A stretch of 64,000 bases of DNA from Macrostomum lignano (taxonomy: Eukaryota), in contig NIVC01000928.1 in NCBI GenBank assembly GCA_002269645.1, forward strand, positions 248,001-312,000, written 5' to 3'. Numbering within the stretch: the stretch's first letter is position 1; every line of letters starts with the position of its first letter. Position numbers and translations under genes: made by a program. This document shows positions 49,501 to 61,500 of this stretch, piece after piece. Below the pieces are notes generated by a model. It was not told the origin of the DNA, made no database searches, and worked only from the letters and a program-made list of their open reading frames with translations.

Positions 49501-52500
49501 TGCCCTCGGTGGCGAAGCTTCGGCACTGACAAAGCTTGTGGCGGGTGAAGCTTCGAAACTTGGCGGCGCATCTCCTGTTTGTTGCGCTTCGATTGTTAAA
49601 GCGTCTCTGATCGGCGCTGCTTCAGCACTCGGTACCTCTCTTGTCGGCGATGCTTCAGCACTCGGTACCTCTCTTGTCGGCGATGCTTCAGCACTCGGTA
49701 CCTCTCTTGTCGGTGACACTTCAGCACTCAGTACCTCTCTTGTCGGTGACACTTCAGCACTCAGTACCTCTCTTGTCGGCGATGCTTCAGCACTCGGTAC
49801 CTCTCTTGTCGGCGATGCTTCAGCACTCAGTACCTCTCTTGTCGGTGACACTTCAGCACTCAGTACCTCTCTTGTCGGCGATGCTTCAGCACTCGGTACC
49901 TCTCTTGTCGGCGATGCTTCAGCACTCGGTACCTCTCTTGTCGGCGATGCTTCAGCACTCAGTACCTCTCTTGTCGGCGATGCTTCAGCACTCGGTAACT
50001 CTCTTATCGGCGATGCTTCAGCACTCGGTACCTCTCTTGTCGGCGATGCTTTAGCACTCAGTACCTCTCTTGTCGGCGATGCTTCAGCACTCGGTACCTC
50101 TCTTGTCGGCGATGCTTCAGCACTCGGTACCTCTCTTGTCGGCGATGCTTCAGCACTCAGTACCTCTCTTGTCGGCGATGCTTCAGCACTCGGTAACTCT
50201 CTTATCGGCGATGCTTCAGCACTCGGTACCTCTCTTGTCGGCGATGCTTCAGCACTCAGTACCTCTCTTGTCGGCGATGCTTCAGCACTCGGTACCTCTC
50301 TTGTCGGCGATGCTTCAGCACTCGGTACCTCTCTTGTCGGCGATGCTTCAGCACTCAGTACCTCTCTTGTCGGTGACACTTCAGCACTCGGTACCTCTCT
50401 TGTCGGCGATGCTTCAGCACTCAGTACCTCTCTTGTCGGTGACACTTCAGCACTCGGTACCTCTCTTGTCGGCGATGCTTCAGCACTCAGTACCTCTCTT
50501 GTCGGCGATGCTTCAGCACTCGGTACCTCTCTTGTCGGCGATGCTTCAGCACTCAGTACCTCTCTTGTCGGCGATGCTTCAGCACTCAGTACCTCTCTTG
50601 TCGGCGATGCTTCAGCACTCGGTACCTCTTTTTTCGGTGATGCTTCAGCACTCGGTACCTCTCTTGTCGGTGATATTTCAGCACTCAGTACCTCTCTTGT
50701 CAAAGAAACATCAGCACTCGGTACCTCTCTTGTCAAAGAAACATCAGCACTCGGTACCTCTCTTGTCGGCGATGCTTCAGCACTCAGTACCTCTCTTGTC
50801 GGTGACACTTCAGCACTCAGTACCTCTCTTGTCGGTGACACTTCAGCACTCAGTACCTCTCTTGTCGGTGACACTTCAGCACTCAGTACCTCTCTTGTCG
50901 GCGATGCTTCAGCACTCGGTACCTCTCTTGTCGGTGACACTTCAGCACTCAGTACCTCTCTTGTCGGTGATGCTTCAGCACTCGGTACCTCTCTTGTCGG
51001 CGATGCTTCAGCACTCGGTACCTCTCTTGTCAAAGAAACATCAGCACTCGGTACCTCTCTTGTCGGCGATGCTTCAGCACTCAGTACCTCTCTTGTCGGC
51101 GATGCTTCAGCACTCAGTACCTCTCTTGTCGGTGACACTTCAGCACTCGGTACCTCTCTTGTCGGCGATGCTTCAGCACTCGGTACCTCTCTTGTCGGTG
51201 ACACTTCAGCACTCAGTACCTCTCTTGTCGGTGATGCTTCAGCACTCGGTACCTCTCTTGTCGGCGATGCTTCAGCACTCGGTACCTCTCTTGTCAAAGA
51301 AACATCAGCACTCGGTACCTCTCTTGTCGGCGATGCTTCAGCACTCAGTACCTCTCTTGTCGGCGATGCTTCAGCACTCGGTACCTCTCTTGTCGGCGAT
51401 GCTTCAGCACTCAGTACCTCTCTTGTCGGCGATGCTTCAGCACTCAGTACCTCTCTTGTCGGTGACACTTCAGCACTCAGTACCTCTCTTGTCGGCGATG
51501 CTTCAGCACTCAGTACCTCTCTTGTCGGCGATGCTTCAGCACTCAGTACCTCTCTTGTCGGCGATGCTTCAGCACTCGGTACCTCTCTTGTCGGTGACAC
51601 TTCAGCACTCAGTACCTCTCTTGTCGGCGATGCTTCAGCACTCGGTACCTCTCTTGTCGGTGACACTTCAGCACTCAGTACCTCTCTTGTCGGTGATGCT
51701 TCAGCACTCGGTACCTCTCTTGTCGGCGATGCTTCAGCACTCGGTACCTCTCTTGTCAAAGAAACATCAGCACTCGGTACCTCTCTTGTCGGCGATGCTT
51801 CAGCACTCAGTACCTCTCTTGTCGGCGATGCTTCAGCACTCGGTACCTCTCTTGTCGGCGATGCTTCAGCACTCGGTACCTCTCTTGTCGGCGATGCTTC
51901 AGCACTCGGTACCTCTCTTGTCGGCGATGCTTCAGCACTCAGTACCTCTCTTGTCGGCGATGCTTCAGCACTCGGTAACTCTCTTATCGGCGATGCTTCA
52001 GCACTCGGTACCTCTCTTGTCGGCGATGCTTCAGCACTCAGTACCTCTCTTGTCGGCGATGCTTCAGCACTCGGTACCTCTCTTGTCGGCGATGCTTCAG
52101 CACTCAGTACCTCTCTTGTCGGCGATGCTTCAGCACTCGGTACCTCTCTTGGCGGTGACACTTCAGCAGTCGGTACCTCTCTTGTCGGTGACACTTCAGC
52201 ACTCGGTACCTCTCTTCTCGGTGATGCTTCAACACTCGGTACCTCTCTTGTCGGCGATGCTTCAGCACTCAGTACCTCTCTTGTCGGCGATGCTTCAGCA
52301 CTCGGTACCTCTCTTGGCGGTGACACTTCAGCAGTCGGTACCTCTCTTGGCGGTGACACTTCAGCAGTCGGTACCTCTCTTGTCGGTGACACTTCAGCAC
52401 TCGGTACCTCTCTTCTCGGTGATGCTTCAACACTCGGTACATCTCTTGTCAAAGAAACATCAGCACTCGGTACTTCTCTTGCTGGTGATGCTTCAGCACT

Positions 52501-55500
52501 CGGTACCTCTCTTGTCGGTGATGCCTCAGCACTCGGAACACTTCTGGCTGGAGAAGCTTCAGCACTCGGTACATCTTTTGAAGGCGAGGCTTCAGCACTC
52601 GGTACATCTCTTGAAGGCGATGCTTCAGCTGTAAAAGTAGATGCAGCTGATAAAAACTCTCCACTGGAAGCCGATTTGCTTCGTGCTGTTGAGGCTTCAA
52701 AACTAGTAGCATCCTTGATTTGCGAATATCTAGCGGTTGTCACTTCATCACTGGGGCCGCTCGTCGCTGGTGACGCTTCAGCATATGGGCCTTCCACTGT
52801 AGGCTCACTCGCAGCTGCTGAAAACTCAACACTTGCAACGCTTTTAGCTGGTGAAGATTCGACACTGCGTATGTCTCCAGCAGATGGCGCTTCGGTGCGT
52901 GGATTATCACCAGTTGTCGAGGCTTCAGCTGTTGGAACTGACCTCTTCAGCGACAGTTCAATGCTTGAAGACGCTTCACCAATATCGCCTGTGGCGCTGG
53001 GCAGACTTCTGACTGGAGACCCTTCAACACTTTTGGCTGGAGAGGTGTCAACACTATGGACGGGTGACGTCTCAAAACTGGGTACAGGTCGACTACTGAA
53101 CTCTTCGGTCACAACCTCATCAGCAGGTCTCACCTCAGCACTGCTTGAACTGTCGGCTGGCGCTTGCTGCTCACCGATACTGCCTTGTGCAAGCAAGCGC
53201 TTTGCTGCCGCTCTTCTTGCCAGAAGTTCGTCAGCGCTAGGAAAAGTGGACATGGAATGCAAAGAGGCATCCTTTGACGGTGACGATTCAGCACTTTGAA
53301 CTGGAGATGCTTCGGCACTCTGAACTGGAAGAGCTTCAGCTTTCTTTGACGGTGACGATTCAGCACTTTGAACTGGAGATGCTTCGGCGCTCTGAACTGG
53401 AGATGCTTCGGCACTATGAGCTGGAAGAGCTTCAGCTTTCTTTGACGGTGACGATTCAGCACTCTGAGCTGGAGATGCCTCAGGACGTTGTAATGAAAAA
53501 GCATCTGTATCCTGCATTTTCCCGAAAGTCTCCGCGCTTTTTAGCTGAGAATCTTTGGCCAAGAAATTAGAAGTTGAACTTTCAATGCTTTCAGTAAAAA
53601 CAGTTGTAGTTGTCTGAATTCTTGTTTTGGTTTGCTGCATAGTGTTCTTTTCAGCACTCGGAGCACTTCTGGCTGGAGACGCTTCTGCTTCGGCACTTGG
53701 GACACTTCTGGCTGGAGACGCTTCAGTGCTCTGTCCCTCTTCAAATACTACTGCTTCAGCACTCGGAACACTTCTGGCTGGAGACGCTTCAGTGCTCTGT
53801 CCCTCTTCAATGACTACTGCTTCAGCACTCGGAACACTTCTGGCTGGAGACGCTTCAGTGCTCTGTCCCTCTTCAATGACTACTGCTTCAGCACTCGGAA
53901 CACTTCTGGCTGGAGACGCTTCAGTGCTCTGTCCCTCTTCAATGACTACTGCTTCAGCACTCGGAACACTTCTGGCTGGAGACGCTTCAGCACTCGGAAC
54001 ACTTCTGGCTGGAGACGCTTCAGCACTCGGAACACTTCTGGCTGGAGACGCTTCAGTGCTCTGTCCCTCTTCAATGACCACTGCTTCAGCACTCGGAACA
54101 CTTCTGGCTGGAGGCGCTTCAACACTCGGAACACTTCTGGCTGGAGATGCTTCAGCACTCGGAACACTTCTGGCTGGAGACGCTTCAGTGCTCTGTCCCT
54201 CTTCAATGACCACTGCTTCAGCACTCGGGACACTTCTGGCTGGAGACGCTTCAGCACTCGGAACACTTCTGGCTGGAGATGCTTCAGCACTCGGAACACT
54301 TCTGGCTGGAGACGCTTCAGCACTCGGAACACTTCTGGCTGGAGACGCTTCAGTGCTCTGTCCCTCTTCAATGACCACTGCTTCAGCACTCGGAACACTT
54401 CTGGCTGGAGGCGCTTCAACACTCGGAACACTTCTGGCTGGAGATGCTTCAGTGCTCTGTCCCTCTTCAATGACCACTGCTTCAGCACTCGGAACACTTC
54501 TGGCTGGAGGCGCTTCAACACTCGGAACACTTCTGGCTCGAGACGCTTCAGCACTCGGAACACTTCTGGCTGGAGACGCTTCAGCACTCGGAACACTTCT
54601 GGCTGGAGATGCTTCAGTGCTCTGTCCCTCTTCAATGACCACTGCTTCAGCACTCGGAACACTTCTGGCTGGAGGCGCTTCAGCACTCGGAACACTTCTG
54701 GCTGGAGACGCCTCAGCACTCGGAACACTTCTGGCTGGAGACGCGCTGGGAGCACTTGGGCCGGCCTCCGAGCTCAGGGCCTGGGGCCTTTGCTTGGCAG
54801 TAGCAGCAGTCTCAGAAACTTCATAGGGCAACTCTTCAAGACTGGGCAGTCGTTTCTTAGAGCGAGGCGAGCCGTCGCTTTCTTGGGAAGCAGCAGAGTG
54901 CGGTCTAGCTGGGTGAACTCGGACAGTCTGCGCCTCCTCAACCAGCACTGTCGGTTTCACCGAGCGAGTCGGCGATCCAGACGACGGTTGCGGCGGTCGA
55001 AGGTCGGCGGCATCAAACCGAGAGGACGCAACCACCGGAGACGTTCTCTGACGCACTGAAATTGCTGATGGCGTCGTCCTCGGACTCGACGGCGAGAACT
55101 GGCGCGGCGTCTTACGAGGACTCTTGGGACTCTCGCGACGCCGTTCCAGAGTGAGCCGGACCTCGATGTTGGGCGGCTCGTCCAAACTGTCATCGCCAGC
55201 ACCGAGGCCGAGCTGCGGCGTTTCAATCGTCAGCTGGGGCTTCCGCCTGATGGCGGCGATCTCATCCTGCTGCGGCTCCTCTGGGGCGTTCGCGATGGCC
55301 GCTGCTGACTCCACCTCGGTCTCCAGGTCGGCCAGCTGGGACTCCAATCGGCCAAGTCGATCTCGCAGTTCGGCGGGCACCGAGCCGCCGCTGCCCCGGC
55401 CGGCCGGATAGCGAACGCTGACCTCCTCCACGATCTCCGTGACGCGACGGCGTTGAACCAGAACCTCCTGGCGGGCCAGCGCGCATCGAGCGGCTAGCGC

Positions 55501-58500
55501 CTCGGTTGGCGCGGCGTCAACGCCCGAAGCGGCCGCGCGCGCCTGGCCGAGGCCGAAGCGCTCATCCGGAGCCCGGCGCCGAGGCTGTCCAACCGGGCTG
55601 TCAGGTCCTGACGGTACTCCAGCTCCGAGTCGACGGCAGCCTCCGATTGATTGAGCCGATCCTGGGCTCTTGATGATGATGGAAGAATGAAATGGAATAT
55701 GTATTGCGGCAATAACAAAATTTTCTATGACGTGACTAACCGTGGCTAACTTGGCTTAACTTTCAGCGCCTGAAACAAATGTGAAACCCCAGTCTAGTAG
55801 CGATTATTAATGACGAATAAATTCTTACTCGGAAAATCGCTGCTCAACATCTGTAGCGCTGCGGTCAGCCTCCAGCATCGCGGCCGCGTCCGAACTCGAC
55901 TGGACAAACTGCCGGCTCTGGTCGCGAAATTCGGACAGCCGGTGCTCGGCGGCTCGGAGCTGCTTCTTGGAATTCTAAGAATGCCGAAAGAGCGATAGGG
56001 GTGTTGAACTTGAGACCATATTACTGCTTGTTAATTAGTGCAAATGCACGTAAATACTTTGAAGTTTGAAACTGCATAGCAACTGAGATCCTGGGAGGCT
56101 GACCCAGCAACTGAGGATCTTCTGGGAGGTTGGCCCAGCAACTGAGGATCTGGGAGGCTGGCCCAGCAACTGAGGATCTGGGAGGCTGGCCCTGCAACTG
56201 AGGATCTGGGAGGCTGGCCCAGCAACTGAGGATCTGGGAGGCTGGCCCAGCAACTGAGGATCTGGAAGGCTGGCCCAGCAACTGAGGATCTTCTGGGAGG
56301 TTGGCCCAGGAACTGAGGATCTTGGAGGGTGGCGGTGGCCCAGTAACTGAGGAACTGGGAGGTTGTCATGTGGTCAAGTGATCATAACACTGAAAAATGC
56401 AAGCAAGTGCGCAGCGAAGTGCATGAGTGCATTGAAAGTACATTACAGGTGTAAGTGCATTCTACACAACACCCCAATGAAACGGCAACTCTGCATAAGG
56501 GTGGCAAGGTAAGCAAAGGTGGAACTTCCTGCCTAAAAGCAAAGGAACACTCTCTTTCCCTCACAGCATGGATCGTGCAAAGCTACCAGCAAAATAGCAA
56601 AGCATAAGTGCAATGAATCAAAAGTCGTTAGTTACTAAGGCTAAGATAAAAATTTGAAAATTTATACAAGACCAAAACTTACCTCGATACTTATTTCTTC
56701 GCTAATAGCATAGGTTGACTAGAAAAGGTTAGCAAAACAAAGCAAGTTAGGTGTTTGTTATATAGCTACAAAACTCATTTTAGCGTGTTTAAAACTACTT
56801 ATTAGATGACGAGGCTAAACATGTTCTAGTTTTACTCGCCGTTTATCCAAACTGTTAATTGTAACGTTAAACTAATTAGAGTTAATTTAAACAAAAGTCA
56901 AACAAACGGACCTGAACTCTCCTGGCCCGCTCCTGAAGCTCCTGGCTGGACAGGCGCCCCAGGTCAGCCCCAGAGTCGCCGCCGGCCCCCGTAGCCGCCG
57001 AAGTCGCGGCTTCGATGGTTTCGTCCAGCGAATGTCGCCGATTGCGCAGGTCGCCGAGGCCGCCAGCCTCGCGGTGAAGCTGAGCGCGCTGGCGAACAAC
57101 GGCCGACTGCAGATCGGCGAACCGGCTGAGCAGCTCCTCGGCCTGCTCGGAGACCCGCCGGCGGCTGGACAGGCCGCAGTGCCGCTGCAGCGAGTCGCCG
57201 GCCACCCGCAGATTATCCAGGCTGGCCTTCAGCGACTCGGTCTCGCGCAGCAGCGACTCAACGGAGTCGTCGTACGAGGCTGAGACCGAAGCGGAAGCGG
57301 AGGCTGTATCGCGCCATCTGCGCTCCGTCACCTCGAGGGTCTCCGTGACGCTGCGAACCACTCGCTGAAATTGTTGGGAGAAACAGAAGGAGATGAGAAG
57401 TGAATGGGGCTTCTCGGATGAAGCTTTGCGGCTGACGGAGATGGGAGGCTGGCCCAGCAGGCCAGCAACTGAGGATCTGGGAGGCTGGCCTAGCAACTGG
57501 GGATCTGAGAGGTTGGCCCAGCAACTGGGGATCTGAGAGGCTGGCCCAGCAACTGAGGATCTGGGAGGCTGGTGGCTCAGCAACTGGGGATCTGGGAGGC
57601 TGGCCCAGCAACTGGGGATCTGGGAGGCTGGCCCAGCAACTGGGGATCTGGGAGGCTGGCCCAGCAACTGGGGATCTGGGAGGCTGGCCCAGCAACTGGG
57701 GATCTGGGAGGCTGGCCCAGCAACTGAGGATCTGGGAGGCTGGCCCAGCAACTGGGGATCTGGGAGGCTGGCCCAGCAACTGGGGATCTAGGAGGCTGGC
57801 TCAGCAACTGGGGATCTGGGAGGCTGGCCCAGCAACTGGGGATCTGGGAGGCTGGCCCAGCAACTGGGGATCTGGGAGGCTGGCCCAGCAACTGGGGATC
57901 TGGGAGGTTGGCCCAGAAACTGGGGATCTGAGAGGTTCGCCCAGCAACTGGGGATCTGAGAAGTTGGCCCAGAAACTGGGGATCTGGGAGGTTCGCCGAG
58001 CAACTGGGGATCTGGGAGGCTGGCCCAGCAACTGAGGATCTGGGAGGCTGGTGGCTCAGCAACTGGGGATCTGGGAGGCTGGCTCAGCAACTTAGGATCT
58101 GGGAGGCTGGCTCAGCAACTTAGGATCTGGGAGGCTGGCCCAGCAACTGGGGATCTGGGAGGCTGGCTCAGCAACTGGGGATCTGGGAGGCTGGCCCAGC
58201 AACTGGGGATCTGGGAGGCTGGCCCAGCAACTGGGGATCTGGGAGGCTGGCCCAGCAATTGGGATCTGGGAGGCTGGCCCAGCAACTGGGGATCTGATAG
58301 GTTCGCCCAGCAACTGGGGATCTGAGAAGTTGGCCCAGAAACTGGGGATCTGGGAGGTTCGCCGAGCAACTGGGGATCTGGGAGGCTGGCCCAGCAACTG
58401 AGAATCTGGGAGGCTGGCTCAGCAACTGGGGATCTGGGAGGCTGGCTCAGCAACTTAGGATCTGGGAGGCTGGCTCAGCAACTTAGGATCTGGGAGGCTG

Positions 58501-61500
58501 GCTCAGCAACTGGGGATCTGGGAGGCTGGCCAAGCAACTGGGGATCTGGGAGGCTGGCTCAGCAACTGAGGATCTGGGAGGCTGGCCCAGCAACTGAAAC
58601 TCTGGGAGGCTGGTGGCTCATCAACTGGGGATCTGGGAGGCTGGCCCAGCAACTGAAACTCTGGGAGGCTGGCCCAGCAACTGAAACTCTGGGAGGCTGG
58701 TGGCTCATCAACTGGGGATCTGGGAGGCTGGCCCAGCAACTGAAACTCTGGGAGGCTGGTGGCTCATCAACTGGGGATCTGGGAGGCTGGCCTATCTGCA
58801 GAGTGAGCAGGGAGCAAACAAGGAGGCTACCGGAGAGTCTGTCTGCACTTTCACTGCATTCAAAGGCATTCAAATTGGAACGAAAAATGTGTGAAAGCTG
58901 AGTGGCACCGCCAACCCCCCCCCCCTTCCTTAAGAGCCGCTCCAGCAGAGCGACTGCGAGAGATATTGACAGAAAGACGCAAATGACAAAGGAAACTCCA
59001 GGCAGCCAGGTGTAACTATAAAATATCCTTATCGACTTGAAGTTGTTAACCATGGCAACGGCACGCAATAGATCTTGTAATAAAGGAACTCACGGGGAGT
59101 TGCTACACTAAATTGCTTTACCTGGCAAACGATCCTTCTTCTTTTACACGGGCCTCGTTGCTGCTGCTGTTGCTCTTTCTGCTGCTGTTTGCGCTGCTGC
59201 TGATCATAGCTGGGTCCCAGCTGCGCCGCATGGCAACTAATCAGCTAACTAATTCGAACACCTGGCCTATCTAATTATCTACCTGGGAGAGTTATCTCCA
59301 GAATTGACAATGTAGCAATTTCTTCTGCCGGTGGCGCGGCTGCCGCAGCATCAGCAGCAGCAGCGGCAGGTGTTGCAGAATCTGCATTACCAAAGCCGCC
59401 GCATCAGCTCGGGACTCAATCGAGGCATTGGCAGACAGCCAGCAGGCTGAGAACAACAACAAGAAACACTTCTTTCCGAAAACTGTTGTTCTACTCTATC
59501 CTGCACTGGTTCTTCTGCTTTTGCTTCTCACGCAACTTGTGGCAGAGAAAAAATAATAAAACTCTTTTTCCTAAGTCTGCTTCTTTTAGTCTCTACATGT
59601 TAATAGTCTGCTGCTCTTGCAGATTTTCTTCTTTGTATACTCCACAGCAGCAGGCGGGGAGGGGTTGCGCGCGCTGAGCCTGAGCGGTCTGGGAGGTTGG
59701 GGCGGCTGCTCCGATCTCTCCTCTCTGTGCCTACCCGCGCCTCTCGCCTCGCCCAGAGCAAACACAGAGCCCTCAGCCCCACAACCAGCTGCATTGCAGT
59801 GCAGTGCAGAGGCCCTCGCCAATCTCTCTCTCCCTCTCCCTATCCCCTCCTGTCCGCTTCCCTCCCAGGGCTTGTCCTGCAGTTCCTCCCTGCCGCCCCC
59901 CCTCACCGTTACGGCGTACTTGGCAAGCTGGGAGATTTCTGTGGGCTGAAGGGGAACTGAGGATACAGGGCGAAGCCAGGCGAGTCGTGGCGCATGCGTG
60001 GGAGTGCGCGATGGGGATTCTGGATCCCCTACAGACCCCAACTCTCTTCCCTCCCTCCCTCTTTCTCTCCCCCCTTTCTTAGATGACGCTGACTGGCCGT
60101 CAGTGAGTCACGCGGAGGTAAGGAAGTCGAAAAGCAGAATTAAATCTGGGCCCAGCAAAAAAACAGCTGGCAAAATCGAGATTTCTAGTCACAGATGTTG
60201 CGTAATAAAAAGCGCATGTGCTATTTAACTGACTCGGACTGCCGCTGTCTTCTTCTGTCGATTAGCCACGACAGAAGGATTTAAAACTTTCTGCTTTAAA
60301 AAAGTTGGTATTTCTATCATCATCATTCTTACTAAATTAGGCGTAAAAAAGATGTCCCACCCTAATCTGGATACTTTTAGTGGTAGATAAAGGGCAGGAT
60401 TTTTTTTACAGTTGCACGACAATCCCCACTGGCGCAAAACAGCTCTGGACTTACGCTGAATTTCTCCTGCTCCTCAGTGACCAGCCGCTGCTCCTCAATC
60501 AGCCTCCGCCCAGTCGACATCAGCTCGTTGGCTCTCAGTTTCGCATCCTCAATCTGTCGTTGCATTTCAGCCAGACCCTCCGGCCCCAGACCGTCCTTGA
60601 TGTTCTCGGCCAGAGCGGCCATGGTGTCCAGTCGGCTTCTGGCGACAGTCGCAGCCTCCGGGCCGAATATTCTACTCAGCCGAGTTGCCAGGCTGTCCAG
60701 CTCCATCAGGTCGAATCCTTCGGTGTCCAGCCTCCTGGCTAGCGGCTTCGCCTCGCCTATCCAGGACTCCAGCTCTGCTTTGGCGGACTCCAGCTGGTGC
60801 CGGTGCTGCAGCTCATCGCCGAGCACCTCCAGCCGGTCGGCAGCCGCCGCGGCGAGGTCGGCGCGGGCTTCGCGAACTGCTGCGCTGGATGGCGACGCCG
60901 TTGAGACGTCCTCGGCCGACGCTTTCTGCTCCTGCGGTGCGGGAGGGGCGGCGGCGGCATCAGCTGGTGACTCAGCGGACTCCTGCTGCTGTGACAGCAG
61001 CTGCTGGATGATGTAGGGAACCAGCAGCATGGGATAACTGAGGGCCTCAGACTCAGACAGCAGATATGAGACAGGGCCCAGCCCGCAACCCCAGCACACA
61101 AAAGCAATGAAAGAGCTTTTATCATAGCGATTCCTCTGAAGTCCCCCCGTGTAGACCTCCAGCTGTCTCCTCCCCTCTCCCTCATCTCCCTCTCCCTCGC
61201 CATCAAAAGCAGCCAAGCAATAACTCTGGTATACAGCCTCAGGTGCACAGCGCAGGTGCTTCTAAGCGTACTTTTGTCCTCGCCCGCTGCCTTCTCTCCA
61301 TCTCTCCCCGCTTCCTTTCCCTTAGATTATTCATCCCACCCCACTGTTTCTCCCATTCTTTTACCTCCCAGGCTCCACAGACCGGGAGCTCAGGGACTGC
61401 AGGTGCAGCGGCAACCAATCAGAGCCATGCAGTCTGGCTGCACCCTGGGTTGCCGGCAGGGGACTTTTGCTTCGGCAACAAAAGGAAATGAGTTACACTG

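Noticed and set aside
49538-55059. Long + strand ORFs (1253, 854, 475, 399 aa)
   Set aside because: Antisense shadows of the 33-bp coding repeats.
59270-59650. Ala-rich or Glu-rich segments as further nesprin exons
   Set aside because: In-frame stops lie between the candidate acceptor and donor in each frame tried.
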